DNA of 64,000 nt from a bacterium (GTDB taxonomy: Bacteria; Patescibacteriota; Minisyncoccia; Phycocordibacterales; UBA918): NCBI GenBank assembly GCA_043719295.1, contig JAYSUD010000012.1:26790-90789 (forward strand). Direction: 5' to 3'. Positions 1 through 9,630 of this stretch are shown piece by piece (the first letter of the stretch is position 1; each line of letters begins with the position of its first letter). The notes under the pieces were generated by a model that was given only the letters and a program-made list of their open reading frames with translations, was not told where the DNA came from and made no database searches. Made by a program: the position numbers and the translations under genes.

Positions 1-1094
1 ACTAGAAATGCAATACCCATACCCACCCAAGGAACCCAAACGTATCGCTCGGTCACCCTACTCTCTTCATTGTCACAGACGTCTCCAATACCATCACCAT
101 CTTCATCTTGTTGGTTCATGTTTGGATTATTTACGCAGTTGTCAACATTGTTTAATATTGCGTCCCGATCAAAATCATCACAAGCATCGCCTACACCATT
201 TTTATCTACATCTTCTTGTCCTGGATTTGATTCTGCGGGACAATTATCTCTGACATCTTTAACCCCATCATAATCAACATCAGCTTCAACATATAAGGTA
301 TTTTTCTCAATCTTTGAAGCCTGCACTATGCGCACGTTAGTATCATTGCGCAAATCACCACTTTCACCCGTTACTGCAGTGAATGCCTGATCGGGGTTAA
401 AAAATATATTGTATGACATGCCCTTTTGTGCGAGGAAGCGTAATGATTGTACTGCTTGTGTAGCCCTATCCTCTTGAACAAGATCTAATTCTGCAATGCG
501 TAATGGCTGGTTATATTCAAATGTCACATTCCAAAAACGTGCTGTTGTTTCTGGGAAAAGAATGGTATTAGACGTAACAGGTCTTCTTGCAACGACAGTT
601 TGATTACTACCTGAAATATACGCAGTAATTTGTACACTTAAGGGTAATGTCACATTTTTACCTAACTCTAATACCAACTTCGAAGAGGTTATTGTATTCT
701 GACTTGATAGCTCGATATCGATACTTTCTATTTCACCACCATTCTGTAAAGGAACAGATACCATGGTCGTAGAATTATTGTCTGCTAGTGACTGTGTTCT
801 TGAACCAAGAATACTTTGTGCAAATACTGGTTCTTCAGATTCAATACGGGATTCTTTAAAATATGAAGGAAGTAAATTCCCTGTTTGAATCTCTTGTACC
901 AGAAACCCAACACGGTCAATTGGTATTGAAGCAAAAGGCACCTCTACAACAGTTGGTACAGCAATTGCAGTATTTAAGACAGTGGCTTTTGATCTGAATA
1001 CTGAGAATGCCGCATCTTCAAACGCTTCTGTGTAAAGAGTGCAACTAGTAATCAGTACGAGAAAGAATATTGTTTTATAGATAGATATATTCAT
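1..1094 (-). CDS. Exported/membrane-anchored protein with thrombospondin type 3 (Ca-binding) repeats; partial, runs off the left edge
   Basis: Not in the ORF track; N- and C-terminal parts translated by hand from ATG 1094: signal-like MNISIYKTIFFLVLITSC, then near the C-terminus DVDYDGVKDVRDNCPAESNPGQEDVDKNGVGDACDDFDRDAILNNVDNCVNNPNMNQQDEDGDGIGDVCD, then a hydrophobic stretch. Confidence 0.8.
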   Translation of the reverse strand, partial: MNISIYKTIFFLVLITSCTLYTEAFEDAAFSVFRSKATVLNTAIAVPTVVEVPFASIPIDRVGFLVQEIQTGNLLPSYFKESRIESEEPVFAQSILGSRTQSLADNNSTTMVSVPLQNGGEIESIDIELSSQNTITSSKLVLELGKNVTLPLSVQITAYISGSNQTVVARRPVTSNTILFPETTARFWNVTFEYNQPLRIAELDLVQEDRATQAVQSLRFLAQKGMSYNIFFNPDQAFTAVTGESGDLRNDTNVRIVQASKIEKNTLYVEADVDYDGVKDVRDNCPAESNPGQEDVDKNGVGDACDDFDRDAILNNVDNCVNNPNMNQQDEDGDGIGDVCDNEESRVTERYVWVPWVGMGIAFL

Positions 1095-1107
1095 ATGTAT
1101 TAGAGAA

Positions 1108-2880
1108 TTATGAAACAGATTCATTCAAAGGAGTTTTTTGTGGTGGCTTAATAAACGCTGTTGAGATAAGAAGTGTGCCTATTGCTCCAAATGTGATAAT
1201 CCTTCCTGCAAGTTCCATTTGCCACACATCGATAATAAGCAAGTGCAACACAACAAATCCAAGGAGAACTCCTCCAACAATATTCATAATCTTTTGTGCT
1301 TGTACTCTGCCAATGATAAATAACGTAATTCCGATAATGGTGAAAGAAAAAAGTGAAAACATTGTTGCTACATCATCACTGTACAGCGAATGTAATACGA
1401 GCCAAATGATTGCGAGCATGTATACCGTACCAGAGATGGCAAGAGCATGAGCAATAGTTGCAAAATCTTTTCCCTGTCTTTCGACTTTTTCAAACAGTAA
1501 ACCACTCAGACCAAAAAGGGCTAACGCGAGTACTGAAAGAACAAAAAAGTCTCCATGTAAGAATCCGTTTTGCCATGATGGTGCGAAAAGACTTTCTAAA
1601 GAAAGTATCATAGGAATGAGCATCAGTGCATGGATACTTTTTGAGATTTGTTCTTCTACTACTAGTTTATGAGCGAGTGCGATTACAAGAGCAGCTTCTA
1701 TGGTATAGGCAATAGCAAGTACAGGACCTTCAAGCTCTGCTGCAGTAGCAGCACCAAGCAAACCAATACTCACTGCACTGTATATATAAAATGGAATACG
1801 GTTTGAAGAAGATCGATACACTACAAAGGTACCGAGTCCAAACACAAGCATCCACATTGCACATAAGAGACTTTGGAACACATCAGGTGCAGCAGCAAAG
1901 ATCCAGACTACAAGATACAAACCAGTACCAACTGCGACGCTCACATGCACCTGTGCGAGATTTTCATTTTTGGGGTGCACAATACTTATGATATTGGTGA
2001 CAAAGAAAATGGCAGTAAATATGAAGGAGAACAAAAGTGCAATATCACTCTCTCTTGAGGAAAGTGTATCAACTAAGAACGGGAGGCCGTAGAAAAAAGC
2101 TATAACCAATGCAGCAAATGTAAGAGCTCGAGCACCGGTTACATGAACAACCCAAAGTGTCCCAAGAATCACAACAAGTAAGTACGAGAAAAGCACAACG
2201 ATGTCTGGGTTTGGTGAGTTAGTCAGAAATGGTGCAATACTTGCAAGACACAAACTCGCAAATGCGAGTGCTGTGTTTTTGTATACGACACTTACATATG
2301 CAACAAATGAAACTGCCAAGAACATAATGAGAAGAGAGGTAGCAGGAGTAAAGAAGTCATAGATTTCACGAGCTCCAAATACAGTTAAAAGTACAATGGT
2401 TAAACCAAGTACGATGAAGACACTTCCCTGATGCAGATAGGTACGGATTCGATATGTACCAAAAATCATGATTCCTAAACCGGAAAGTAGTCCAAGTGTG
2501 ATGCGTCCAATGGGACCAATCCATTGATGTGCAAATGCATAACTCACAAACCAACCAAAACCAATAAGCAAAAGAAGTGCCCCGAGCTTTACAAAAAAAT
2601 CCTCTTTAATCCATTTTTCAAATGCACTCTCTTGCGGTGGCTGGTAGAGCATTTGGCGTGCAGGCACTGCATTAAGTATCTGGTCTTGTTGTGGCACCAT
2701 TACTGCTGAATGAAGAACACTCGGTGCTTCTGTTGAAGTTGTAACAAGACTGTCTTGTGACAAAGGTGTAGGTGCAGTTGACACAAACTTACCTCCTTTA
2801 AGTAATTCTATTTCCCGAGCTAAATTTGTAATTTTAGAAGAGAGAACAAAAAAGACGATGATTGCTGCAATAATGCCCAT
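1108..2880 (-). CDS. DUF2339-family multi-pass membrane protein
   Basis: FVKLGALLLLIGFGWFVSYAF..WIGPIGRI motif and many TM helices; start moved to MGIIAA (2880). Confidence 0.8.
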   Translation of the reverse strand: MGIIAAIIVFFVLSSKITNLAREIELLKGGKFVSTAPTPLSQDSLVTTSTEAPSVLHSAVMVPQQDQILNAVPARQMLYQPPQESAFEKWIKEDFFVKLGALLLLIGFGWFVSYAFAHQWIGPIGRITLGLLSGLGIMIFGTYRIRTYLHQGSVFIVLGLTIVLLTVFGAREIYDFFTPATSLLIMFLAVSFVAYVSVVYKNTALAFASLCLASIAPFLTNSPNPDIVVLFSYLLVVILGTLWVVHVTGARALTFAALVIAFFYGLPFLVDTLSSRESDIALLFSFIFTAIFFVTNIISIVHPKNENLAQVHVSVAVGTGLYLVVWIFAAAPDVFQSLLCAMWMLVFGLGTFVVYRSSSNRIPFYIYSAVSIGLLGAATAAELEGPVLAIAYTIEAALVIALAHKLVVEEQISKSIHALMLIPMILSLESLFAPSWQNGFLHGDFFVLSVLALALFGLSGLLFEKVERQGKDFATIAHALAISGTVYMLAIIWLVLHSLYSDDVATMFSLFSFTIIGITLFIIGRVQAQKIMNIVGGVLLGFVVLHLLIIDVWQMELAGRIITFGAIGTLLISTAFIKPPQKTPLNESVS

Positions 2881-2970
2881 ACATTTATGATAATTAAGTA
2901 ATACACTAAGTATACAGGCAAACAATATCCTCAGCATTTGACATGTTTACAGCTAGTACGTTTTGAATAC

Positions 2971-3822
2971 TTAGATCTTGTATACCCTCCTCACATTTTC
3001 AAGCAATTGCATTCTGACTTTTTCTTCGTCTTCACCTTTAATCTCAGCTATCTTCTTGTAGACTTCCTGTACCATCCACGGTTCACAACGTTGTCCACGA
3101 TAGGGTTTTGGGGCGACATAGGGACAGTCAGTCTCTCCATGAATAAGATCTAAGGGTGCATTGCGGACAATCTCTTCATAATCCTTTGCAAACGTAATGA
3201 CTCCCGTAAAAGAAATAGTTCCTCCAATATCAAAAAAAGACTCTGCTTCTTCGTAGGTACCTGCATAGAAGTGCACATTAAACGGTACCTTTGCATATTG
3301 TTTTAAAACTGCCAGAACATCAGCATATACACTTCGTCCAGTAGGACTCTCCTTATCTTTTTGCGGACCTCGAGTGTGAATCATTAGTGGCAATCCTAAC
3401 TCGTTTGCCAATTCAATTTGCGCAATAAATGCTCTCTCTTGTACTTCATAGCTATCAGCGTTTGTGTGATAGTAATCAAATCCACATTCTCCAATACCAA
3501 CCACTTTTGGATTCAGTGCAAGCGCACGATAAAAGTCAGTGTCGAACACCTCACCTTTTGACTCAAAACCTTTACTCCCTTCCCCAATTTCGTCTTCGTC
3601 ATGAGTAGCAGGTACGGTCTGTATTGGATGTAACCCGACAATCGCATAGAGATGATCATGCTCTTGTGCGAGTTCAACTGCCTTGGCACTTGTTGATTGT
3701 TTAGTACCAATATTTATAACCGACACACTCTCATTCTTGCAACGCGCAATAACCTCTTTCACATCGTCATTGAAGGCGCTGAGGTTTAAGTGTGCATGTG
3801 TATCAATATAGTTTGTATCCAT
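2971..3822 (-). CDS. tatD: TatD-family deoxyribonuclease
   Basis: IDTHAHL, GLHP, VGIGECGFDY, IHTR, ETDCPY motifs. Confidence 0.92.
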   Translation of the reverse strand: MDTNYIDTHAHLNLSAFNDDVKEVIARCKNESVSVINIGTKQSTSAKAVELAQEHDHLYAIVGLHPIQTVPATHDEDEIGEGSKGFESKGEVFDTDFYRALALNPKVVGIGECGFDYYHTNADSYEVQERAFIAQIELANELGLPLMIHTRGPQKDKESPTGRSVYADVLAVLKQYAKVPFNVHFYAGTYEEAESFFDIGGTISFTGVITFAKDYEEIVRNAPLDLIHGETDCPYVAPKPYRGQRCEPWMVQEVYKKIAEIKGEDEEKVRMQLLENVRRVYKI

Positions 3823-3918
3823 TATGCACGAGTATACCATGCTCGTTTTTTATTCAAATTTGTGTTCTAATACATTTTCAAACGAGCAAATATTTCTTAT
3901 AAACCTTACCTATATACC

Positions 3919-4644
3919 ATGGAAAATAGCATTACCGTTAGCAAACATGCAGGAATCACAAGCTGGATTGTAGGCGGTATTGAAGTACTCTATACAGAAC
4001 GGCAAGTAAAAGAAGAAATGCGCGGAGGAGCGCCGTTATGTGCTCCCTTGTTTAGTGTGCAACCACGACCTGTTCTTGGATCGCATCTTCCGATGCACGG
4101 GCTCACGCAAACACATATTGCAGATTTGCATGCGTTCAGTAATGAAACTAATTCTTGGTATACAGAAAGTCACTTCAAAGCGAACGAGGTATTTGCATGG
4201 GACTGGACACTTATTACTACAACTACCGTGACGGGAGGCACACTTGAACACACCATGACTATTACGCGCGAAGAGAAATGTACAAACCCTGATGAAATGC
4301 CACTGTCACTTTGTTTTCATCCTTACTTCAATACATTTGGAAATGATTTTTCTTTTTCAATTGGTGATGTTACTTACACAAAAGAAACACTCCCTTCAAA
4401 CATTATTGACTCTGCATTCGCACCACTACGTGAGGGTCAATCAGCAATTCTTACTACAGACAAGGGAGTGTTAACCATTACCCCAAAGAGATATGATGAA
4501 TATTGTTTGTGGAGTGATGACATACACAACTACTTCTGTATTGAACCAATCTACCAATACCGTGAGTTTGGCCTACCCAATACCGGCCTACAAAAAGGCG
4601 AAGTTCACAAATCTTCCTGCACATTAGTATTTGAACCTACTTAG
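3919..4644 (+). CDS. Aldose 1-epimerase/galactose mutarotase-like protein
   Basis: RGGAP, PMHG, LCFHPYF and FCIEP motifs. Confidence 0.75.
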   Translation: MENSITVSKHAGITSWIVGGIEVLYTERQVKEEMRGGAPLCAPLFSVQPRPVLGSHLPMHGLTQTHIADLHAFSNETNSWYTESHFKANEVFAWDWTLITTTTVTGGTLEHTMTITREEKCTNPDEMPLSLCFHPYFNTFGNDFSFSIGDVTYTKETLPSNIIDSAFAPLREGQSAILTTDKGVLTITPKRYDEYCLWSDDIHNYFCIEPIYQYREFGLPNTGLQKGEVHKSSCTLVFEPT

Positions 4645-4748
4645 CATTTTTCTGTATCCACCAACGCTTGATAACGGGGAGACTGTCATCTACGATTATT
4701 AAATAAACTACTCTTACATACGTAATATCCGCAATAATACCATCCTTT

Positions 4749-4772
4749 AAGCTTTCGGTTAACCGAAAGCTT
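4749..4772. promoter_or_regulatory. 24-bp perfect palindrome AAGCTTTCGGTTAACCGAAAGCTT upstream of the TrpR-like gene
   Basis: Read directly; shares the core CTTTCGGTTAACCGAAAG with 5188-5223. Confidence 0.75.
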
Positions 4773-4787
4773 TGATATCATAATAAT

Positions 4788-5195
4788 ATGACGAATGTTT
4801 CAAAAATATCCCTTCCTCCCGAACAGCTCAATGCACTTTTTCACCAGCTAAGTTGTAGTTTGGGTGCACTTGAACCAAAACATATTAATTCCTTTCTCTC
4901 AGACTTACTCGGTACCGAGGAACGTATTATGATTGCAAAGCGACTTGCTGTAATCATAATGCTCATACAAGGACAATCTTTATATAAGATAGCAACAGTA
5001 CTTCAACTAAGTACTTCAACTGTAGACTCAATTCAAAAAAAGCTTAAGCTAGGTGAATACGATTTTATTGTTCGCACATTTAAAAAAGAGAGGAAGAAAT
5101 TTACAGGAATTCTGGATGTTATTGAAAATATACTCAGTGTTGGTGGGATAATGCCAAGTCGGGTTGGTCTAGATCGATATAAAGCACTGCGGTAA
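4788..5195 (+). CDS. TrpR-like (YerC/YecD) HTH protein
   Basis: FLSDLLGTEERIMIAKRLAV..G.S.YKIA..LQLSTSTV pattern. Confidence 0.8.
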   Translation: MTNVSKISLPPEQLNALFHQLSCSLGALEPKHINSFLSDLLGTEERIMIAKRLAVIIMLIQGQSLYKIATVLQLSTSTVDSIQKKLKLGEYDFIVRTFKKERKKFTGILDVIENILSVGGIMPSRVGLDRYKALR

Positions 5196-5223
5196 CCTTT
5201 CGGTTAACCGAAAGGTTACCGCA
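5188..5223. repeat. 36-bp perfect palindrome overlapping the stop of the TrpR-like gene
   Basis: TGCGGTAACCTTTCGGTT|AACCGAAAGGTTACCGCA. Confidence 0.85.
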
Positions 5224-5261
5224 TTAAAAACGTGAGGTTATTCTTTAGTTAAACTCAACCA

Positions 5262-5507
5262 CTACTTTTTGAAGTGTATAAACCACATCTTTTTGACTGT
5301 AGGAAGTGAAAGTGTTGAAAGAAAATATCCGCCAACAGGCACAAGCCCATTAATTAGTGGTGCTTCATTACTAATTAGTTTCAAAAAAGTTACTGCCGTA
5401 AGATATGTAATGCCCATAATGAAAAACCCTCGGGTGTAACTTGTTTCCCAAGCTTTATCAAGTTCAACGCGATTGTTCCTTTGTAAAATTTCTTCAATGC
5501 TTTGCAT
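5262..5507 (-). CDS. Small conserved membrane protein
   Basis: RNNRVELDKAWETS plus two TM segments; co-oriented with metG and the SGNH gene. Confidence 0.7.
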   Translation of the reverse strand: MQSIEEILQRNNRVELDKAWETSYTRGFFIMGITYLTAVTFLKLISNEAPLINGLVPVGGYFLSTLSLPTVKKMWFIHFKK

Positions 5508-5511
5508 ATAT

Positions 5512-6156
5512 TTATAATATTTTATTTTCTTCTAACATGCTCTTAATTTTCAGATACATATATTCATGACCGAGCTCATTTGGATGTATCCCGTCTGGAA
5601 GGCAAACTGATTCTTTCCCTTGGTATACATCTTGAATATTAAAGAATAATTGTCCGTGCGCTATTGCAAATTTTTGGAGAACAGCATTATATCTTGAAAT
5701 TTCTTTATTGCTATATCCATGTGTTGTTTTCCATGTCATTGGTTGAACCCTTTTATCAAAAACTGGTGCAATACCAACAATAATAATTTTTTTGAATAAA
5801 TCTGATATAGACTGATAAATCGATTCAAGATTTTTATTCATTTCTGCTACAGAAACACGATTCTGTCCTGTACCCATTTCATACTGAGAATCATTTACCC
5901 CAATAGCCAAAATCGCTACGTCAAAGTCTTCTGGAGGATATTTCAAGATACGTGCTTCCGATTCTGCTCTCACACGCTTCAGTAAATCGGAAGTATTATC
6001 TCCTGAAACTCCCAAGTTAAAAATAGTTCTATTATATTGATAATCCGAGACAACTTCCCTTTCAAAACATTCTTTAATAAGCCGATTACACCAACCGCCT
6101 CCAGACATGTCACAAAAACCTTGAGTGATACTATCTCCAAATACTAAAATACGCAT
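5512..6156 (-). CDS. SGNH/GDSL hydrolase
   Basis: FGDSITQG, NLGVSG, IGVND, DGIHPN. Confidence 0.92.
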   Translation of the reverse strand: MRILVFGDSITQGFCDMSGGGWCNRLIKECFEREVVSDYQYNRTIFNLGVSGDNTSDLLKRVRAESEARILKYPPEDFDVAILAIGVNDSQYEMGTGQNRVSVAEMNKNLESIYQSISDLFKKIIIVGIAPVFDKRVQPMTWKTTHGYSNKEISRYNAVLQKFAIAHGQLFFNIQDVYQGKESVCLPDGIHPNELGHEYMYLKIKSMLEENKIL

Positions 6157-6157
6157 T

Positions 6158-7600
6158 TTATGATTCTAACCTCTTAAACAAATTTTCAGGTTTTTTGTTG
6201 GAAAGGATTGCTTCTTTTATAATTACATTAGTTTCGGGCATAATTGGGTAGAGCAACCGAGCGATAGTATAGAGTTCAGTTACAAGTTCAATAATTATTT
6301 TTCGTGCAGCAGGCTTATCAACTTTTACCAACTTAAACGGCTCAGTCACAGCAATTTTTTCATCAAGCTCCCCCACCTTTTTCCATATATAATCACATGC
6401 CCCTTGGAAGTTGTATGTTTCAAGTGCATCACTATACTCTTTGGGAAAATCAGCTGATGCAGGTTTTAGAATTGGTTCATCAAGATGTGTCTCTGCCATC
6501 TGCATGATACGCGCAACTAAGTTCCCTAAACCGTTAACTAAGTTTGCGGTGTAGTACTCATCCATTTTTTCCCAAGTTAAATCGGAGTCGTCAAATGGAT
6601 GTACATGACGGAGAAATATGTAGCGCGTTGCGTCAGTGCCATATTTTGCCACAAGCGCATATGGTGAAATAACATTTCCTAACGACTTACTCATCTTGTG
6701 TCCATCACTATTGATGAAGCCGTGATATATCACTTTGTCTGTTGCTTTAATTTGCGCACTTTTCAACATCGCCTGCCACATCACTGACTGAAAACGCACT
6801 TGGTCTTTACCAGCAACCTGGAGTGTCTCTCCATCAACCCAGAACTTTTGAAAATTACCTTCGGTGTCCTCTGGCCAACCAAGTGCTGAGATGTAGCTTG
6901 TTAATGCGTCAAACCATACATACATTATTTGCTCGTCATCCCCAGGTACAGGAACACCCCAGTCCATCCGTGATTTTTCGCGTGAGATTGAAAAGTCTTC
7001 AAGTCCTGCCTGCACAAAATTGAGTGCCTCTTGTCGTCGCCACTCTGGTGCAATAACGTTTTCATTTGAGAGATACAACTCAAGGTAACTTTGGTACTTT
7101 GAAAGTCGGAAGAAATAATTTTCTTCTTCAACTTCTTCTGCATTTGTTAGATGGATGGCACACATCTTCCCTCCTTCAAGTTCCGATTCTTTATAAAATA
7201 ATTCGCACCCTACACAATACAACCCAGTATATTTCTTTTTGTAGATGTCACCTGCATTTACACACTTCTCCCAAATTGCTTGCGCCGCTTTCTTGTGTGC
7301 TTCATCAGTGGTGCGAATAAACTTATTGTATGACAAGTTAAATGCCCCTTTGAGCTTTTGAAACTCTGCCGCATAGTGGTCTACATACGCCTGTCGCGAC
7401 TGCCCTTTTTCATCAGCTTTTTGCGCAATCTTCTGTCCATGCTCATCAGTCCCCGTATTAAAAAACACCTCGTGACCCATGAGCCGCCAGTAGCGAGCGA
7501 GTGTATCTGCCTGTATAAAATCAAGCCCATGCCCCATGTGTGGGTCAGCGTTTACGTACGGAAGTGTAGTTGTTATGTAGCGTGCTTTTTTGTCAGACAT
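6158..7600 (-). CDS. metG: Methionine--tRNA ligase (short form)
   Basis: TTTLPYVN..HMGH, GTDEHGQK, YVWFDAL, KMSKS. Confidence 0.96.
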   Translation of the reverse strand: MSDKKARYITTTLPYVNADPHMGHGLDFIQADTLARYWRLMGHEVFFNTGTDEHGQKIAQKADEKGQSRQAYVDHYAAEFQKLKGAFNLSYNKFIRTTDEAHKKAAQAIWEKCVNAGDIYKKKYTGLYCVGCELFYKESELEGGKMCAIHLTNAEEVEEENYFFRLSKYQSYLELYLSNENVIAPEWRRQEALNFVQAGLEDFSISREKSRMDWGVPVPGDDEQIMYVWFDALTSYISALGWPEDTEGNFQKFWVDGETLQVAGKDQVRFQSVMWQAMLKSAQIKATDKVIYHGFINSDGHKMSKSLGNVISPYALVAKYGTDATRYIFLRHVHPFDDSDLTWEKMDEYYTANLVNGLGNLVARIMQMAETHLDEPILKPASADFPKEYSDALETYNFQGACDYIWKKVGELDEKIAVTEPFKLVKVDKPAARKIIIELVTELYTIARLLYPIMPETNVIIKEAILSNKKPENLFKRLES

Positions 7601-7669
7601 AATCTAAATACAGTACCATAGCCCTTAAATAAAAAAAGTGGCCGGTCCCATTAAGGACCGGATCCATCT

Positions 7670-8155
7670 TTACAACAACGAGCTGAAACGACTTGTCATA
7701 TCAGATTCCAGAGGAGGTTCTTTCATGAGCACATTTGCTAGCGCCGTCCTCATATTCGTGACCGACTTTTGGTTGCGCGTCTTTCCAATATCTTTTGGCC
7801 ACTCATTGCGAGAAAGTCTATGATACCAGAAGTATCCTGGGCCAAAGGGTTTAGCTTGAATAAGAACTGGGCCTCTGGATACTATTCCAATTGGCTTCAA
7901 ATCAAGTATCCAGCCGCTTTTCAGAGCAATCCAGGAGTGTTCGTTATCACAAACTTTTCCATCTTCGAAAAGAGTTATAAACGACCCCGATACAACACGA
8001 GCTTGAATCAATGGGGCAACAGCTCGAGCAATAATATGGCAGGTGCGTGGCTCCCCAAAGTAATCTTCCCGCAACAGAAGTTCCATAAGATATTCAGCGT
8101 ACACAAAACGATATCGATCTTTCGGGCTAATATCGTTTACCTGGTGATAGAACAT
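7670..8155 (-). CDS. Hypothetical protein with a Cys/His/Asp pattern (possible papain/transglutaminase-like fold)
   Basis: ORF with GGGGAGG SD 8 nt before ATG 8155 and a hairpin terminator near 7640; TCH..HSW..LD motif. Confidence 0.55.
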   Translation of the reverse strand: MFYHQVNDISPKDRYRFVYAEYLMELLLREDYFGEPRTCHIIARAVAPLIQARVVSGSFITLFEDGKVCDNEHSWIALKSGWILDLKPIGIVSRGPVLIQAKPFGPGYFWYHRLSRNEWPKDIGKTRNQKSVTNMRTALANVLMKEPPLESDMTSRFSSLL

Positions 8156-8211
8156 CTCCACATCCTCCCCTGTCTGTCGGTTTCTGTATTCAGTCCGAGA
8201 GTACGGTACCT

Positions 8212-9606
8212 CTATTTCAAGAAAGAAACAAGGTCAGCGATTGCTACGCGCTCTTGCACTCCAGTATCACGGTTACGGACGGTGACGGTGTCTTTCAAAG
8301 AGGGGTCTTCTTGACCTAAGGTTTCAAAGTCAATGGTGACACATGCAGGGGTTCCAATTTCGTCTTGTCGGCGGTAGCGTTTTCCGACGTTGCCGTTGTC
8401 ATCAAATTCAGCGCGCATTTCTTTTGAGAGAAGAGCAAATACTTCTTCTGCTTTAGCAACCAGTTCTGGTTTGTTTTTAAGGAGTGGAAATACTGCTACT
8501 TTGATTGGTGCAAGATTCTTGGGGAGTCGTAACACAGTACGTGTTTCGCCACCAAGTTCATCTTCATCATAAAACTCAGTCATGACCGCTAAGAAAGTCC
8601 GGTCGAGTCCAGCAGAAGTTTCTACTACATGGGGAATATATTTCTCGTTGGTATATGGATCAGTGTATTCCATTGAAACTCCTGAAAATGTTTGATGTTG
8701 GGTAAGGTCATAGTTACCTCGTGCATGAATACCTTCAAGCTCTTTAAAACCAAATGGGAAATTGTATTCAATATCAAATGCTGCTTTTGCATAAAAGACC
8801 AGGTTTTCATGTTCATGAAAACGGAGGTTTTCTGGTTTGAAACCCATATCAATGTAGTACTGCATTCGTTTTGCTTTCCACACTTCGTAGATAGTCATTT
8901 CGTCAACCGGAGAAACGAACATCTGCATTTCCATTTGTTCAAACTCTCGCTTACGGAAGATGTACTGTCGTGGTGCAATTTCATTTCGGAATGCTTTACC
9001 AATTTGCGCAATTCCAAAAGGGACTTTAACCCGCGTACTATCGAGGACATTTTTAAAGTTTATATAGATACCCTGGCACGTTTCTCCTCGTAAGTACGCA
9101 GGTTCTTTTGTCCAATCTTCAGAGAAGTTTCCGAGGTTTGTTTGTGCGAGCAAGTTAAACTGTCGCACTTCACCAAAATTCTTTTGCCCGCACTTTGGAC
9201 ACACAAGCTTTTCACGATTAGCATCAAAAAGTTCATTAATTTCTTCAACTGACATTTTTTCGTCAGCAAATACATCAAGTTCTTCAAGTAAGTGGTCGGC
9301 TCGTGATCGAGTGTTACATTCTTTACATAAAACCATCGGGTCTGAAAAACCGCCAACGTGACCTGATGCTTCCCATACTTTTGGATGTGTCACAATTGCT
9401 GAATCAAGACCTACAATATTTCGCTCTCCTTGCACCATCGCCTTCCACCATGATGCTTTAATATTATTTGCGAGTTCAACACCATAGGGACCATAATCAA
9501 ACGACCCCACAAACCCGCCATAAATTTCACTGCCCTGAAACACAAATCCTCTTCGCTTACACAACGATACAATTTTCTCCATCTTTTCGGAATTATTTTC
9601 TGCCAT
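8212..9606 (-). CDS. glyQS: Glycine--tRNA ligase (alpha2 type)
   Basis: LCKRRGF, DYGPYG, LRGETCQG, FRNEI, REFEQME, RYRRQDEIGTP. Confidence 0.96.
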   Translation of the reverse strand: MAENNSEKMEKIVSLCKRRGFVFQGSEIYGGFVGSFDYGPYGVELANNIKASWWKAMVQGERNIVGLDSAIVTHPKVWEASGHVGGFSDPMVLCKECNTRSRADHLLEELDVFADEKMSVEEINELFDANREKLVCPKCGQKNFGEVRQFNLLAQTNLGNFSEDWTKEPAYLRGETCQGIYINFKNVLDSTRVKVPFGIAQIGKAFRNEIAPRQYIFRKREFEQMEMQMFVSPVDEMTIYEVWKAKRMQYYIDMGFKPENLRFHEHENLVFYAKAAFDIEYNFPFGFKELEGIHARGNYDLTQHQTFSGVSMEYTDPYTNEKYIPHVVETSAGLDRTFLAVMTEFYDEDELGGETRTVLRLPKNLAPIKVAVFPLLKNKPELVAKAEEVFALLSKEMRAEFDDNGNVGKRYRRQDEIGTPACVTIDFETLGQEDPSLKDTVTVRNRDTGVQERVAIADLVSFLK

Positions 9607-9630
9607 AATTTTCGTACAATATCATTAATT

